From Spirochaetales bacterium (GTDB lineage Bacteria > Spirochaetota > Spirochaetia > DSM-27196 > SKKC01), in contig JBKGYS010000003.1 in NCBI GenBank assembly GCA_046545955.1, positions 1-48,898 of the forward strand: a stretch of 48,898 nucleotides of DNA, in the 5' to 3' direction. Below are positions 26,201 through 35,616 of this stretch, piece after piece. A model generated the notes under the pieces. It saw nothing but the letters and a program-made list of their open reading frames with translations, made no database searches and was not told the DNA's origin. Position 1 is the first letter of the stretch; each line of letters opens with the position of its first letter. The position numbers and the translations under genes were made by a program.

Positions 26201-29200
26201 TCGGTAAAGCGATCCGCGCCCAGGGTGGTAAGAAGATTGGGCTTGGCACGCGCTATTGAGGCATTCACCGCCCGCCCGCGCTTTAGAAGACCCGCAAAGT
26301 TGAATCCCCCAAGCGCCTCGGCTACAAGCTCATCCGTATCGATTCCGGCGGTATCGAGGCTACCGATATGTACGCTTTCGAGCTCAGCGATCGCCTCTTC
26401 GGCGCTCGCCCCTATTGACTCGAGCGCCACCGCGCTTCCTACCTCTGCGGCGGACTCGGCCGAGCGCTCGACCCATTCAGCCCGCTTCTCGGGCAACGAC
26501 ATATATTGCCCTTCCCAGCGCCCGAGTTTCTCCTCGTATGCCGATTCGGTTCGATCGAGCCACCGATCCCTCGAGTCGTTCATCTCTCGCTCACTTTTAT
26601 TCCATCCGCGTAGGCCTCGATTCCCGATTGCCTCCATGGTCGACTCCCACTCCCCGCGACGCGTGGAAAGGTCTCTGCGATACGAGTCGAACTCGTTTTC
26701 TCGATGCTCGGTGTACGACTCGAACCGACCATCGACCAACTGCGTGAGATCCTCAGCGAGGGCACGCGTACGGCGGTGGTCGAACTCGGCGAGCCTCGGG
26801 CTTGCGAGTGTATCGAAACGCTCGAAGGAATCGTTCCGCAGGGCGAGCATCGCGCGCCGGTGTTCGCGCCGCGAAAACAGCGTTTCTCCGTAGGCGGCAT
26901 TAATACGTTCGGTAAGTTCTGAGCGATGCCCCTCGCTCTGAGCAATGTCGAGCCATTCGACAGCCTGTTCACGGTATGCCGCCGCCGAAGCGTTGTTCGC
27001 ATCGTGCAACTCGAGCGCCTCGGTTTCTACCGCTGTTCGGGCGTGAGAAACCCGGCGCGAGACTTCGACATGGGTCGAAGCGATAAACGAAGCCGTCGAA
27101 CCTCGTTCGTTGTCGTCAAGCGTCGCATCATACGCCCCAAAGAGCTCGTGCACTCCGACGTTCACATCTTCGAAGCGCGGGTCGCCGAGATATTCGTCGA
27201 GATTCTCTCCGGTGGCCTCAGCGGCTAAATCGAGGCTTTCGGCAAACTCAGATAGCCCCATACCGCCCTCACGGTCCTCGTCGTGTCCGCGAAGCTCTGC
27301 GAGGCGTTCGCGCTGCCTGACCAGCTCCGCGTACGCGCTTCGGTAGTCACCGGCGGCAGCTTCCAGTTGTATTCGAGCACCGCTCGCCCGCGTGCGCGTC
27401 GCGCGGCTGTTCCGGTTGGCGTCCGAGCGTATCTCGGTAACGCGCCTGGCGTTATCGCTGTGTCCCGCAGCGGTCACATAGAGCAAAGCAGCGGAGCGAA
27501 AAAACGCCGACGCGGGTGGCCAAGGCAGCGTCGCAATCCCTGCGACAGTCGCCTGTCGGGCCCGTCGCCTGTCCCGCGATGCTGCGTTTCTATGTCGACG
27601 TCTCTCCGAAGACAGCCTTCGAAGAATGTAGCGGTACATCTCCGCTTCACCGGTATCGCGCAGAATACCCTCCGCGGTATTCCCTCGAGCGCTGCCTAAC
27701 CGGTGCATACCCGCATAATAGTCAAAGAGCCTGCGAGAGTGCGTGTCGCCCATAACCCGCTCGTACGCATCCTCGCTCTCTTCGCGAATAAACGTAGCGT
27801 ATTCAATCTCTCTTCTGAGTAGTCCGCTTCCTTCGAGAAAATCGGCTACTCCTGCACTGAGCATATCCCGAGGGCGTCTTGCGGCGGTGTCGAGCACACC
27901 CTTCAACGCCGAGAGCTCGCTCCATCGGCCAACAATATCCTCGTAGCCGGATAGTCCGAGATGACTTTGTAGCGCTGAGCCGTATTCCGACCAGATATAC
28001 TTCTCAAGACCGTGCTCCTGCTCGGCAAATCTCGGATGAGTAGCGCGCCATGTATTCGCATCTTTGTCGCGAAACGAATCGGACAGAACCGAGTGCAGCC
28101 GTCGGTCACGGTGGTACATCGCAAGTCCCCAGTCGTTTAGAATCGAACCCCCGCGAAGGTCGATGAGATCTGCCACCCCAAGCAGCCACTCGTGGCGATC
28201 TTGCTCGAAGTCGCTCCTGTCCGGATCGTCGGCCGCTCGCGGTCCGGTACGACCGGGTTCTACGTATTGCTCCAGATCGGAGTTCCCGCTCGGATCAAGA
28301 CGAACAGAAAAACTCGGAAACGCTCCACCTCTGCCGGGCTCGAAGCTAAGAAACTCGGACCATTCGCTATCGATGCCGTTCACGAGCGGCGCAATCTCTG
28401 CGGATAGTATTGTATTCGCCTCGTCGAAGCGCTCGGCCACAATTTGTTCCTGTTGCGAAAGCGCTTCGGAAAAGAGAGCCTGGAGCGCTTCGACCGAGAG
28501 TCGGTCGGAGTATCCTCGTCGGTAGGACTCGAACGCGTCCTGATACCCGGTGTACTGCGGATGTGTTTCCATATCGATGGTTCGTGGATCTTCCACGCCG
28601 TGCTCGTGCAGGCTTTCGAGCGCGTTCGTAGCGGCGGTTGCGTTTTCCGATCGATTGCGCGCGGTTTCGAGTCGGTCGATCGGGTCGACCGGTCCGGTTT
28701 CCTCTCCGAGCTCAGCTTCCATTGACCCTCCACCGTCGGACCCGATATACCCGCTTGAGGCGTACTCGAACACCGCCTCGGCGCGGCGGAGCTCGGCCTG
28801 GGCTTGTTCAACTCCCTCGTTTCGTTCGGCAAGCAGGTCGCTCGCCGCCTGATAGGCCTCGTTAGAGTGCTCGAATGCGTCGATCGCGTCGGACAACTCC
28901 GAGTCGAGCTCGACGATCTCTTCTTCGGTGGATTCAATCGCACGTTCCAGCGGCTCGATCGCCGCGGTCAACTCCGCGCCTGCGTTGTTCCTGGCGCTGC
29001 GGATACCCCTGCCTACAACCGCTATCTCACGTTCGATCCGCGTTGCGCGAGAACGAATACGCGCGAGCGTTTCGGCGCGGCTGTCCGCCTCTATTTCAGT
29101 TGCTCGCCGCACCGACCGCCTGATGTCGCTATCGGCAATAGAATCGACGGCGCGATCGAGTAACGAAAACTCCTCGAGATCGCTGAAGTACTCCTGGAAG

Positions 29201-32200
29201 CCGGCCCCGGGCGCTTCACCGTCTTGTGCGTGCTCGCGCGACGTATTGAGTATCTGCCTGCTGTCCGCGTACATCTGCGAAATACGCCGTGAGGCGCGTG
29301 CGTAGTTGTTTCGCCGCGCGACCCGCTCCTGACCTTGCCAGTTCGTGCTCCGCGGGGAGGCGGCAAGGACAAAGTCGCCTTTGCTACCAGCCGAATCCAG
29401 CCCGGACGTGGCAATCTCCCACCCCGTCCAGTCCTCGGGCAGATACGCGGTATCGTTGAAAGAACGCGAGGCGAACACATCCGACTCGTAGCGGTCGGCG
29501 CTGTCGGCCAGACCTTCCAGGAGTACCTGCTCGGAAGAAGCCGCCTCGAAAGCTTCCTGAGTCTCGGCGTGCTGCAACCCAAGTCGCCGCTCGACCACCA
29601 GGATTCCCGAGGCGACCAGCGTCTCTACGGCCTGCCGCTCAAAGTCGAGAACCTCGTCTACGCCGCCGCTATGTCCGCTGCCGAGAACATAGTCGCCTAT
29701 CAACCACGGTCCATCGCCGTCCAGCGCCGCGGCAATGCGCATTGCTTCGGACAGATCAGAACCCCGTTCGTCGGCGAACCGTCCTTTGCCACCGTCAAGC
29801 CATCCCGCGTATCCGTACGCGATCTCCTGGACGGCCCGCGCTCGCGCTCCGTCTTCGTGGACGAGCTCATCAGCGCTCTCGCCCGCACGCCCGGATTGTA
29901 TCGCATTGAAAGCCGTGCCGAGGTCGCTTCCGGCAAAGAGCTCTCCGTCGCGATCGTGAATGTCCACCCCAGCGTGCCCGAGCTCGAGCAACTCTTCGAG
30001 CCTCAACGCGGCCTCCTCGCCGAGTGAACCGACGAGACCGGAGCGTGCCGCACGCCGATAGGGATCGACGAGATCATAACCGAGTTTTTCGCGTTCAGCC
30101 AACGTGGTAACGGCATCGGCTATACCGAGACTCTCGGCGATTCGATTACTCAGCGTCGAATTGTCTTCTACGTCCTCGGCGGTAAGAACGCCGACATAAC
30201 GTTCTGCGCGGTCGAGCGAATCTAGCTGTTCCTCGTCCATTTCGTACACGTCGCTGAGAAACGCCTCGCGTGGACTCGGGTATTCATTCGCGTTACCGGC
30301 GCCTTCGGCGGCGGCTCGAACACGCTCGATGTACTCAGCCATGAACCCGAACCGCCGTGAATCATACCCCGCGCCGCTGCCCTCCCACAGTCTCCCGCGC
30401 GCCGCAGGGTCGGAGAGCAGCTGCTCGGACGCTCGTCGGATCCGTCCCCCATACTCGAGCTCACCGTCGAGTAACTCCGATAGACGCTCGCGACGCTGCG
30501 CCCCGGCATCGGAAAAAACCTCCTCGACTACCGCGGCGGTGTCGATTGACGCCAAGCGAGACTCACCGAGGGAGTCGAGTTCGCGGCTAAGCGCTTCGAG
30601 CAGATCGAGCTCTGCAAGCTCTCCGAAGCCCTCGACCGTCATCTCGCCTGCCTGCGGCGCCGAGAGAATCGAAGAGATCTCGGGTGCAAGAGCTCCCACT
30701 ATCTCGCCATCGGTTGCGCTGAACGATCGCGACCCTTCGTCTACCGCCGCTATCAACTCGACCCAGAGCGAATCGACGAACGCTGCGACCGAGCGTGTTT
30801 CGAGCGCGTCGACGCCGAAATGCTTCGCCGCGTTAGCGCGGTACTCCGTCTCGAACGGAAGTTCGAGCGCACCATCCGGATCATCTCTTTCGTTGGGATC
30901 GTCGAGCATCGACTCGAACCAGCCGACTTGTTCCGCAACGAAACGGAGGGCATCCGCGTATCCGGCGAAGTCGGACTGATCGAATGGCTGTGTTGCGACG
31001 CTGTTGCGGGCCAGCTCGACGCTCTGGACGCCGTTGTCAAGCGCGGCTGCTTCAAGCCAGTCGAGAGACGCGAACACATCCGCCCGCGCTGCCGATCCGT
31101 CGAAAAAGCGAGCGGCGGTCCACGCTTCGAAATGCTCAGGCGCCGGCGCCGGATCGTCGCTCGAAAGCGATGCGTGGCTCACGAACTCCTCAATCAGTGT
31201 CACCGCCCCGCGCTCGACCGAGGCGAAAGACTCGAGGACCGCCTCGGGAGGAACCGCCTCCCATAACGACAGGGTAGCGAACCGTCGCTCGAGCGCTCCG
31301 AGCGACTGCCATTCGATTTCATTAGCGTCGATGAAGCGCAACCGTGCCAATTCGAGCCGATTCACCGCTCGTTCGGCGAAGCGCCGGGAGTACGAATCGA
31401 TCAGCGACTCGCCTCCCATACCGGTGAGCAGTCGCTCGACCTCCTCGAGCGCCGCATTGTAAAGGGACTCGGGATCGGGAAAGTCCTCTCCATATCGGTG
31501 CGAGAGTTGCGATGCAGTAGACGTTGCGACACTCGAGGCGAGTAACGACACCGCCTCGTCGAATTGCTCCACACGGGCGGAATCGCCGCGCCACAATTTC
31601 ACCGCGTCGACAAGACGTGATCGAGCCGAGCGCCTTTCATCCGCGATCGTCGATCTGGTTGATTCCACGTTCGCAAGTTGTTCGCTCAGGCTTTCAACCT
31701 TGCCTGCCACCGTCTCGGCCTCGGCGGCGTATTCGGTCGACGAAGCGCTTGTCGCACGCTCAGCGATAGTCAAAGAAACCGCCTCATCGAGCCAGAGCGA
31801 CAATTCCGCACGCATTGTCTCGTCAAGCCCCGGCGCCGCGGAGGAAAACGCCCGTGCGGTTTCGCTTCGCCAACGGCTTACTTCCGAGAGTGACATGGTC
31901 GACAACACGGCGGAAACGCGGTCCGGCGAAACAAGCTCAATACCCCCGTGTTCGTTGAGTCCACGCAGGAGCCGAGCCTCTGCGATCGCCCCGGTAAGAC
32001 TCTCGAGTGAGGTCTCCGATCGAAGCGCGGCAACAGCCGGCGCTCCATCCCGATGGTGTTCGACCGCCGTGCGAAGCGCCTGCAGGTCCGCGAGCTCGCG
32101 GCGGTCGTCCTCAGCCACCGACCGGGAAACGTCGTCGTAGTTACCAACGAATACACTCGAGCCTGTGAAGAACCGCGAGGCGTACTCTTCGCGCTCGACG

Positions 32201-35200
32201 ATCGGGCGCACCGTTTCGGCTATCGTATCCTCCTCGAGCGAATCTATGGCTTCGAGCGACTCAAGCGCTTCGATAATCTCGCCGAGTGCCGTATCGGCTG
32301 ATTCGAGGCGGAGTCGTTGTTCACTTTCAAGCTCGTGCGACCGCTCGTATCCCGAGCGTGAGAACCAGAGTATCGCCGCGAGCTCCCGGGCACGTTCGCC
32401 TCGGTCGCTCGAAGCATCTGCGCGAGAATCGAGCTCGGCGAGAAACCTCGACGCCGACAGCGCTCGGTCGGTATCGCTCGCTATCGCGAGAACGTGCTCG
32501 ATCGCCTCGCGCTCGCGGGCAGCCCTTCGGATGAGCCATTCGGCTTCCTCACGCCGCTTCGCCTCGGAAATCGTCTCGATAAGATCCTGATAGTCGCCGA
32601 TACCGCCGGGCTGGATACCGTGAACCCGCAGAGTCTGTTCGGAAACCCCGCTCCGCTCGAACCAAACCGCGATGTTCGGGGCGGTGAGAAGCGCCAGGCG
32701 CTGCTCGCGCTCGCGCGCCCGGGACGTTGCGAACGCATCGGCGCGTCCGGCTACCGCTCGCATCTCCATGCGAAGAACGCGCGCATGGGCCGGATCTCCC
32801 TCGCGTGCTTCGCGCCACCGCCGGTGAAGCTTCCGGAGAGTTTCCGAAGTGCGTTCGTCGAAACCCTCCAGCGAGGCTTCAAGGTCTTCAGGTGCTTCAC
32901 GGAAACTCCACGGTTCGTACTCGTATCCGGATATTTCCTGAGTCAAATCGGCGATATCGCTCCACGCGGTTTCATACAGCGACTCCGCCTCGTGCACGGC
33001 GCTCGCCTCGCGAAACGCACCAAGCGCCTGCCACTCCTCTCCTCCTTCACCCGCCGCGTCGAGTCCCCATATTGCGGCCAGGTCCTCGAAATAGCCCGCG
33101 ACCCGACGCTGATAAAACTCGTAGTTCTGCCCGAGATGCAGGTCCATGACCGTGCGGTACTCCTCGCGCGCTGCGGAGAGACGTTCCTGCTCGCCTTCAA
33201 CTCGGGCAACGAGAGAGCTCACCGTTTCCCGGTCGTCGGTGATCTCCGCGCCCGCCCGCTCGAGGTCGGCCACCGCCGCCTTATAGGAGCCCTGCGCCTC
33301 CTCGAGCGCCCGCTGCGCCGAATCGAGCGCCTCCTGCGTATCCGCCTCGGTCGGCCGGTCGCTCGATGTATCGCTCGCGTAGTCGTACACGCTCTCGGCT
33401 ATCGAATGCTGCTGCGACCAGTAGCGTTCGCTCGCCCGCGCCTCAAGCAGCGCGATCTGATAGTCGTCGAGATACAGCGTTTCCCAACGACCATCGGCGA
33501 AAAGCTCGTCGAAATCGACCGAGCCGTCGTCCGGCCCGAATGGCTCATCTGTCAGCGCTACGCCGTAGGTGCCCATGAGGTCGGCAAAAGCGTGTTCGGC
33601 CTGTGCTTCGTACCTGGTCCAGGTATCCGACCAGAACAGAAGCTGACTTACCGAGCGCGGGTTATGAAACGAGGCAAAGGTGTCGGCGAATATCTCCTCC
33701 ACAAGCGATCCGGAGAGCTCTTCGTCCCATGCCGCCATTGCCTCCGACATAGACTCCGTATTCACCCCGACCACCGTATGCGAGTCGAACACCGCCCACT
33801 GCTCGTACTCGGCCACCCCGAAACCGTCGAAAATAAGCGACTCGACAAACGCGACACTCGCCTCGCGCCTCGACAGGTCCTCCCGGGCGGCATCGACCGA
33901 ATCGGTGAGCTCCTGTGGAGGAGTCGGACGCTCCGGAGCACCCGGAAGATCGTAGGTCCACCACGGATATTCACTGTTCTCTTCGATCCATTCTTCGCTC
34001 GCCTGCTGAGCCTCGCTCAGCGTTTCGCGTGCCGGATCGATATATCGCCCCTCGATGGTTTCGGAAATACGCGTGTACACGCCCTCGGTTTCCCCTGCAA
34101 GGAGCCGGCTCACTTCGCTGCGCTCTCCGATCGCGTCGGACGAGTCATTCGCGTATTGCAGCTGTCCTATCCAGTACCCGGCTGAGTCAAGACTGGTGCG
34201 AAGCGTGTCACGCGCGGCGGTGTACATTTCCGCCAGGTTGTGAATGCGCTCCTGCGCCGCGCTCTTTCGCTCGGAGATCGCGTGTTCCATTTCGCTCCGC
34301 GCCTCGGCGATGTTTACTTCGAGCGCCTCGTGTTCGTTTTCCCATCGAAGCTCTCCCTGCTCGACAATCGCGCGCAAGCCGTCCTCCCACTCGGCGCGGG
34401 CGCCGCGAAGATCGCGGTATGCTTCAGCCCATACCCGCTCGCCCTCCTCGAGATCGACGCCGGCCTGTCGCTCCCAGTCGACCCGTTCGGCGACGAGGCG
34501 CTCTTCGGCCTTGTCCCACAGGCGCAGCCCCGAGTCGAACTGCTCGCGAAAGCTTTCCCGCCATTGCTCGGGGTCGACCGTAAGCTCTTCGGGCTCCGGC
34601 GATGACTGCGGGTCGAGCGCCGCCTCGAGCCGCTCGAGCCCCGCGGCAAGCCGTTCCTCGCTTTCGGCGATGAGCTCGCTACTGATCCGAGAGGCGGTTT
34701 GCGTTTCGCTCGATCTGCGAAGCGACCACTGGTCCCGCGTTCGCTTGGATAGAAAACGCTGCTCTTCGAGCCGCATAATCGACTCGAGCTCGCGGCGGTA
34801 CCCGCGTTGTCGACTCTCGCCCGCGCGCTCGAGCGATGAAGCCACGCTCGACAAGGTCGGATCGGAGAGCTCGCGGTCGCCCGAGAGCTGTTCGAGACGC
34901 GCGAGGAACGCGCCGGTGCGCGTCTCGAACTGCAGAAGCCACTGTTCTACCGCAGCGTCGAGGGCGGCCCCGGCGCGTGCCCGCCACGCCGCGCGGTCCT
35001 CGACAAGTCCGTCGGTCGTGCGCATGCGCGGCTTCCCCGCGCTGTCGAGTTCGATGGCGCCCTGAGCGTCGGTGTGGTAGAGGTGCTCGAGGTTAGCCTC
35101 GGCGATAGATCCGAGAAGCCGCACCGGTGTAGCGCTGTCCCCGGATTCGAGAAAGCGCGCGACCATCCATTCGCCGAACCGATTCTCGAGCACCGCGTCG

Positions 35201-35475
35201 ACGCCTGCGTGGTGTTCTCGCGGCAGGTCTTCGAGCGCCGATACGCGGTTCCACCATTGGTCGCGGTCGCTCGCCTCGTCGGCGTAGTCGAGCTCGAGCT
35301 CGACCTGTGGCGCGTTGAGGCCTTCACGGTAAGCGTCGGGTCCGGCTTCGAGACCGGTCGGCGATGCGTGGACGGCACCTGCCGCCACTGCTGCAACGAA
35401 GGCAACGCCAAGCGCGCGGGCTGTCGAATGGGGCGTCGACACGCGTAGCGAGCGTGCCCCGGGGAAAAACATCAA
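23248..35475 (-). CDS. Giant (4,075 aa) secreted alpha-helical protein with C-terminal papain/C39-like peptidase domain; candidate polymorphic toxin
   Basis: 12.2-kb uninterrupted ORF; AGGAGG RBS (ATG 35472 or TTG 35475); signal ..VAFVAAVAAGAVHA/SP; E/A/R-rich coiled coils; Gly/Ala hydrophobic segment; C-terminal YGC3886..VH3994..AN4022PW. The ORF is near-certain; the function is inferred. Confidence 0.8.
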   Translation of the reverse strand: MMFFPGARSLRVSTPHSTARALGVAFVAAVAAGAVHASPTGLEAGPDAYREGLNAPQVELELDYADEASDRDQWWNRVSALEDLPREHHAGVDAVLENRFGEWMVARFLESGDSATPVRLLGSIAEANLEHLYHTDAQGAIELDSAGKPRMRTTDGLVEDRAAWRARAGAALDAAVEQWLLQFETRTGAFLARLEQLSGDRELSDPTLSSVASSLERAGESRQRGYRRELESIMRLEEQRFLSKRTRDQWSLRRSSETQTASRISSELIAESEERLAAGLERLEAALDPQSSPEPEELTVDPEQWRESFREQFDSGLRLWDKAEERLVAERVDWERQAGVDLEEGERVWAEAYRDLRGARAEWEDGLRAIVEQGELRWENEHEALEVNIAEARSEMEHAISERKSAAQERIHNLAEMYTAARDTLRTSLDSAGYWIGQLQYANDSSDAIGERSEVSRLLAGETEGVYTRISETIEGRYIDPARETLSEAQQASEEWIEENSEYPWWTYDLPGAPERPTPPQELTDSVDAAREDLSRREASVAFVESLIFDGFGVAEYEQWAVFDSHTVVGVNTESMSEAMAAWDEELSGSLVEEIFADTFASFHNPRSVSQLLFWSDTWTRYEAQAEHAFADLMGTYGVALTDEPFGPDDGSVDFDELFADGRWETLYLDDYQIALLEARASERYWSQQHSIAESVYDYASDTSSDRPTEADTQEALDSAQRALEEAQGSYKAAVADLERAGAEITDDRETVSSLVARVEGEQERLSAAREEYRTVMDLHLGQNYEFYQRRVAGYFEDLAAIWGLDAAGEGGEEWQALGAFREASAVHEAESLYETAWSDIADLTQEISGYEYEPWSFREAPEDLEASLEGFDERTSETLRKLHRRWREAREGDPAHARVLRMEMRAVAGRADAFATSRAREREQRLALLTAPNIAVWFERSGVSEQTLRVHGIQPGGIGDYQDLIETISEAKRREEAEWLIRRAAREREAIEHVLAIASDTDRALSASRFLAELDSRADASSDRGERARELAAILWFSRSGYERSHELESEQRLRLESADTALGEIIEALESLEAIDSLEEDTIAETVRPIVEREEYASRFFTGSSVFVGNYDDVSRSVAEDDRRELADLQALRTAVEHHRDGAPAVAALRSETSLESLTGAIAEARLLRGLNEHGGIELVSPDRVSAVLSTMSLSEVSRWRSETARAFSSAAPGLDETMRAELSLWLDEAVSLTIAERATSASSTEYAAEAETVAGKVESLSEQLANVESTRSTIADERRSARSRLVDAVKLWRGDSARVEQFDEAVSLLASSVATSTASQLSHRYGEDFPDPESLYNAALEEVERLLTGMGGESLIDSYSRRFAERAVNRLELARLRFIDANEIEWQSLGALERRFATLSLWEAVPPEAVLESFASVERGAVTLIEEFVSHASLSSDDPAPAPEHFEAWTAARFFDGSAARADVFASLDWLEAAALDNGVQSVELARNSVATQPFDQSDFAGYADALRFVAEQVGWFESMLDDPNERDDPDGALELPFETEYRANAAKHFGVDALETRSVAAFVDSLWVELIAAVDEGSRSFSATDGEIVGALAPEISSILSAPQAGEMTVEGFGELAELDLLEALSRELDSLGESRLASIDTAAVVEEVFSDAGAQRRERLSELLDGELEYGGRIRRASEQLLSDPAARGRLWEGSGAGYDSRRFGFMAEYIERVRAAAEGAGNANEYPSPREAFLSDVYEMDEEQLDSLDRAERYVGVLTAEDVEDNSTLSNRIAESLGIADAVTTLAEREKLGYDLVDPYRRAARSGLVGSLGEEAALRLEELLELGHAGVDIHDRDGELFAGSDLGTAFNAIQSGRAGESADELVHEDGARARAVQEIAYGYAGWLDGGKGRFADERGSDLSEAMRIAAALDGDGPWLIGDYVLGSGHSGGVDEVLDFERQAVETLVASGILVVERRLGLQHAETQEAFEAASSEQVLLEGLADSADRYESDVFASRSFNDTAYLPEDWTGWEIATSGLDSAGSKGDFVLAASPRSTNWQGQERVARRNNYARASRRISQMYADSRQILNTSREHAQDGEAPGAGFQEYFSDLEEFSLLDRAVDSIADSDIRRSVRRATEIEADSRAETLARIRSRATRIEREIAVVGRGIRSARNNAGAELTAAIEPLERAIESTEEEIVELDSELSDAIDAFEHSNEAYQAASDLLAERNEGVEQAQAELRRAEAVFEYASSGYIGSDGGGSMEAELGEETGPVDPIDRLETARNRSENATAATNALESLHEHGVEDPRTIDMETHPQYTGYQDAFESYRRGYSDRLSVEALQALFSEALSQQEQIVAERFDEANTILSAEIAPLVNGIDSEWSEFLSFEPGRGGAFPSFSVRLDPSGNSDLEQYVEPGRTGPRAADDPDRSDFEQDRHEWLLGVADLIDLRGGSILNDWGLAMYHRDRRLHSVLSDSFRDKDANTWRATHPRFAEQEHGLEKYIWSEYGSALQSHLGLSGYEDIVGRWSELSALKGVLDTAARRPRDMLSAGVADFLEGSGLLRREIEYATFIREESEDAYERVMGDTHSRRLFDYYAGMHRLGSARGNTAEGILRDTGEAEMYRYILRRLSSERRRHRNAASRDRRRARQATVAGIATLPWPPASAFFRSAALLYVTAAGHSDNARRVTEIRSDANRNSRATRTRASGARIQLEAAAGDYRSAYAELVRQRERLAELRGHDEDREGGMGLSEFAESLDLAAEATGENLDEYLGDPRFEDVNVGVHELFGAYDATLDDNERGSTASFIASTHVEVSRRVSHARTAVETEALELHDANNASAAAYREQAVEWLDIAQSEGHRSELTERINAAYGETLFSRREHRRAMLALRNDSFERFDTLASPRLAEFDHRRTRALAEDLTQLVDGRFESYTEHRENEFDSYRRDLSTRRGEWESTMEAIGNRGLRGWNKSEREMNDSRDRWLDRTESAYEEKLGRWEGQYMSLPEKRAEWVERSAESAAEVGSAVALESIGASAEEAIAELESVHIGSLDTAGIDTDELVAEALGGFNFAGLLKRGRAVNASIARAKPNLLTTLGADRFTEGEVLHRIRAARTADSAEIERAVSLVSAERARERFVQIAEKMRRRVRQANESVEANVDRTYTGAGWMISGSSYQRDTLVGDTVLNGAIREHHRVRRYRHFDDYSFDVETDLSSTTLSRMSGRGIEAQLDAAVAELEGELESVFGESDAEAKTVAEAGENAKIDIERGWFARTFDVGEGDHTVLRNADAVEQPGLFGEHVGYAPQLRPDIDFDRSWRRSVLFRGSGQMHRLMGEFSYFQAMQAAGFSELAEGLHNTPLWQGEYAPTIRQVADVGVGVAGAFMSGGASLALSVGNAAAWGALDMASGDGTAEQALLGTMQAGAAAGVNHVSGFAANAVGGTIGAETMLGSMAGNLTAAAVSNAGSGAVHAVQIDDVRGLGFSTESFLDASLGDRALAGYGGEAVGALAGGTVEGFSRVHRGDVRAVGGAVGSGARAGLEYGMTGETVVNVANLRDIGALAGRDWNSAGLAEVHLGEGGAEITLGRGGIDTSAFRMSDIAGGMGTFFEQQRMRGYDLFGAADVAEAHTGTSHAATALRTLYSYGDKKGDGLRDDLLRGNALLRVGYKDDFHEEDLHKAFASAVGDGRLTVNMRTLGDRGADNLSGRLVAGLTMQHEALRDGYRVGERRSDSTVVTSSENVAETQASVLSRMRMADRMIVDGYERQLLSDDFIRSEYSLYEAARQVGQLDVFNRYARVGYGAEQDDFFARVSSEGMYQNDWSMREVLTVALLDGPDQQEIDEYNEAHRRTLYEGYLNEKGEDPLEYREFSEMLIEEHENGISRYDYQPQQKIDVWTYGCALYSIGYMVNKATGQTRNPIELNEAMRDNGYYSRNSRGQGTLLSIENIVSALNSFTGDDIEFDHIESIYDPQYTELSRTHHDESEYFGYLRIAHPDEEMRDVYPNGVHSEVINEIETVTGPETSRDVLSGYVSTANPWDGRRAAPGSYSEYIGRSRRAFDEIQRMDLIQVNRVEPEEPYWSQLGLDSWW

Positions 35476-35616
35476 CCTGACCTCCTATTCATTCCGACGA
35501 GGTATTGCTTCTCACTATTACCTACGCCCGGTCGGTACGCGGCGATTTCAACTTTTTTAAAAATTTTTGCAATCGGTACGGTCAAAACAGCGGTATTGAC
35601 TCGTGCCGGAGGATTT
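35476..35616. promoter_or_regulatory. Divergent promoter region between the giant gene and the export operon
   Basis: 141-bp gap with RBS on both sides, AT core TTTTTTAAAAATTTTT (35553-35568) flanked by TCGGTACG direct repeats (35532, 35573); -35/-10 pairs not resolved. Confidence 0.55.

Noticed and set aside
32494-34185. Long antisense ORFs (563 aa here; also 17352-18761, 36267-37691, 11380-12606, 47078-48175)
   Set aside because: Shadow ORFs expected opposite real genes in GC-rich DNA; no motifs, and they lie largely or entirely opposite better-supported CDSs.
23248-35475. Giant protein as a phage tape measure, RTX/T1SS substrate, Rhs, CdiA or NRPS/PKS
   Set aside because: No phage structural genes, GGxGxD repeats, YD repeats, TPS/haemagglutinin repeats or A/C/KS motifs were seen, and it has a Sec-type signal peptide.
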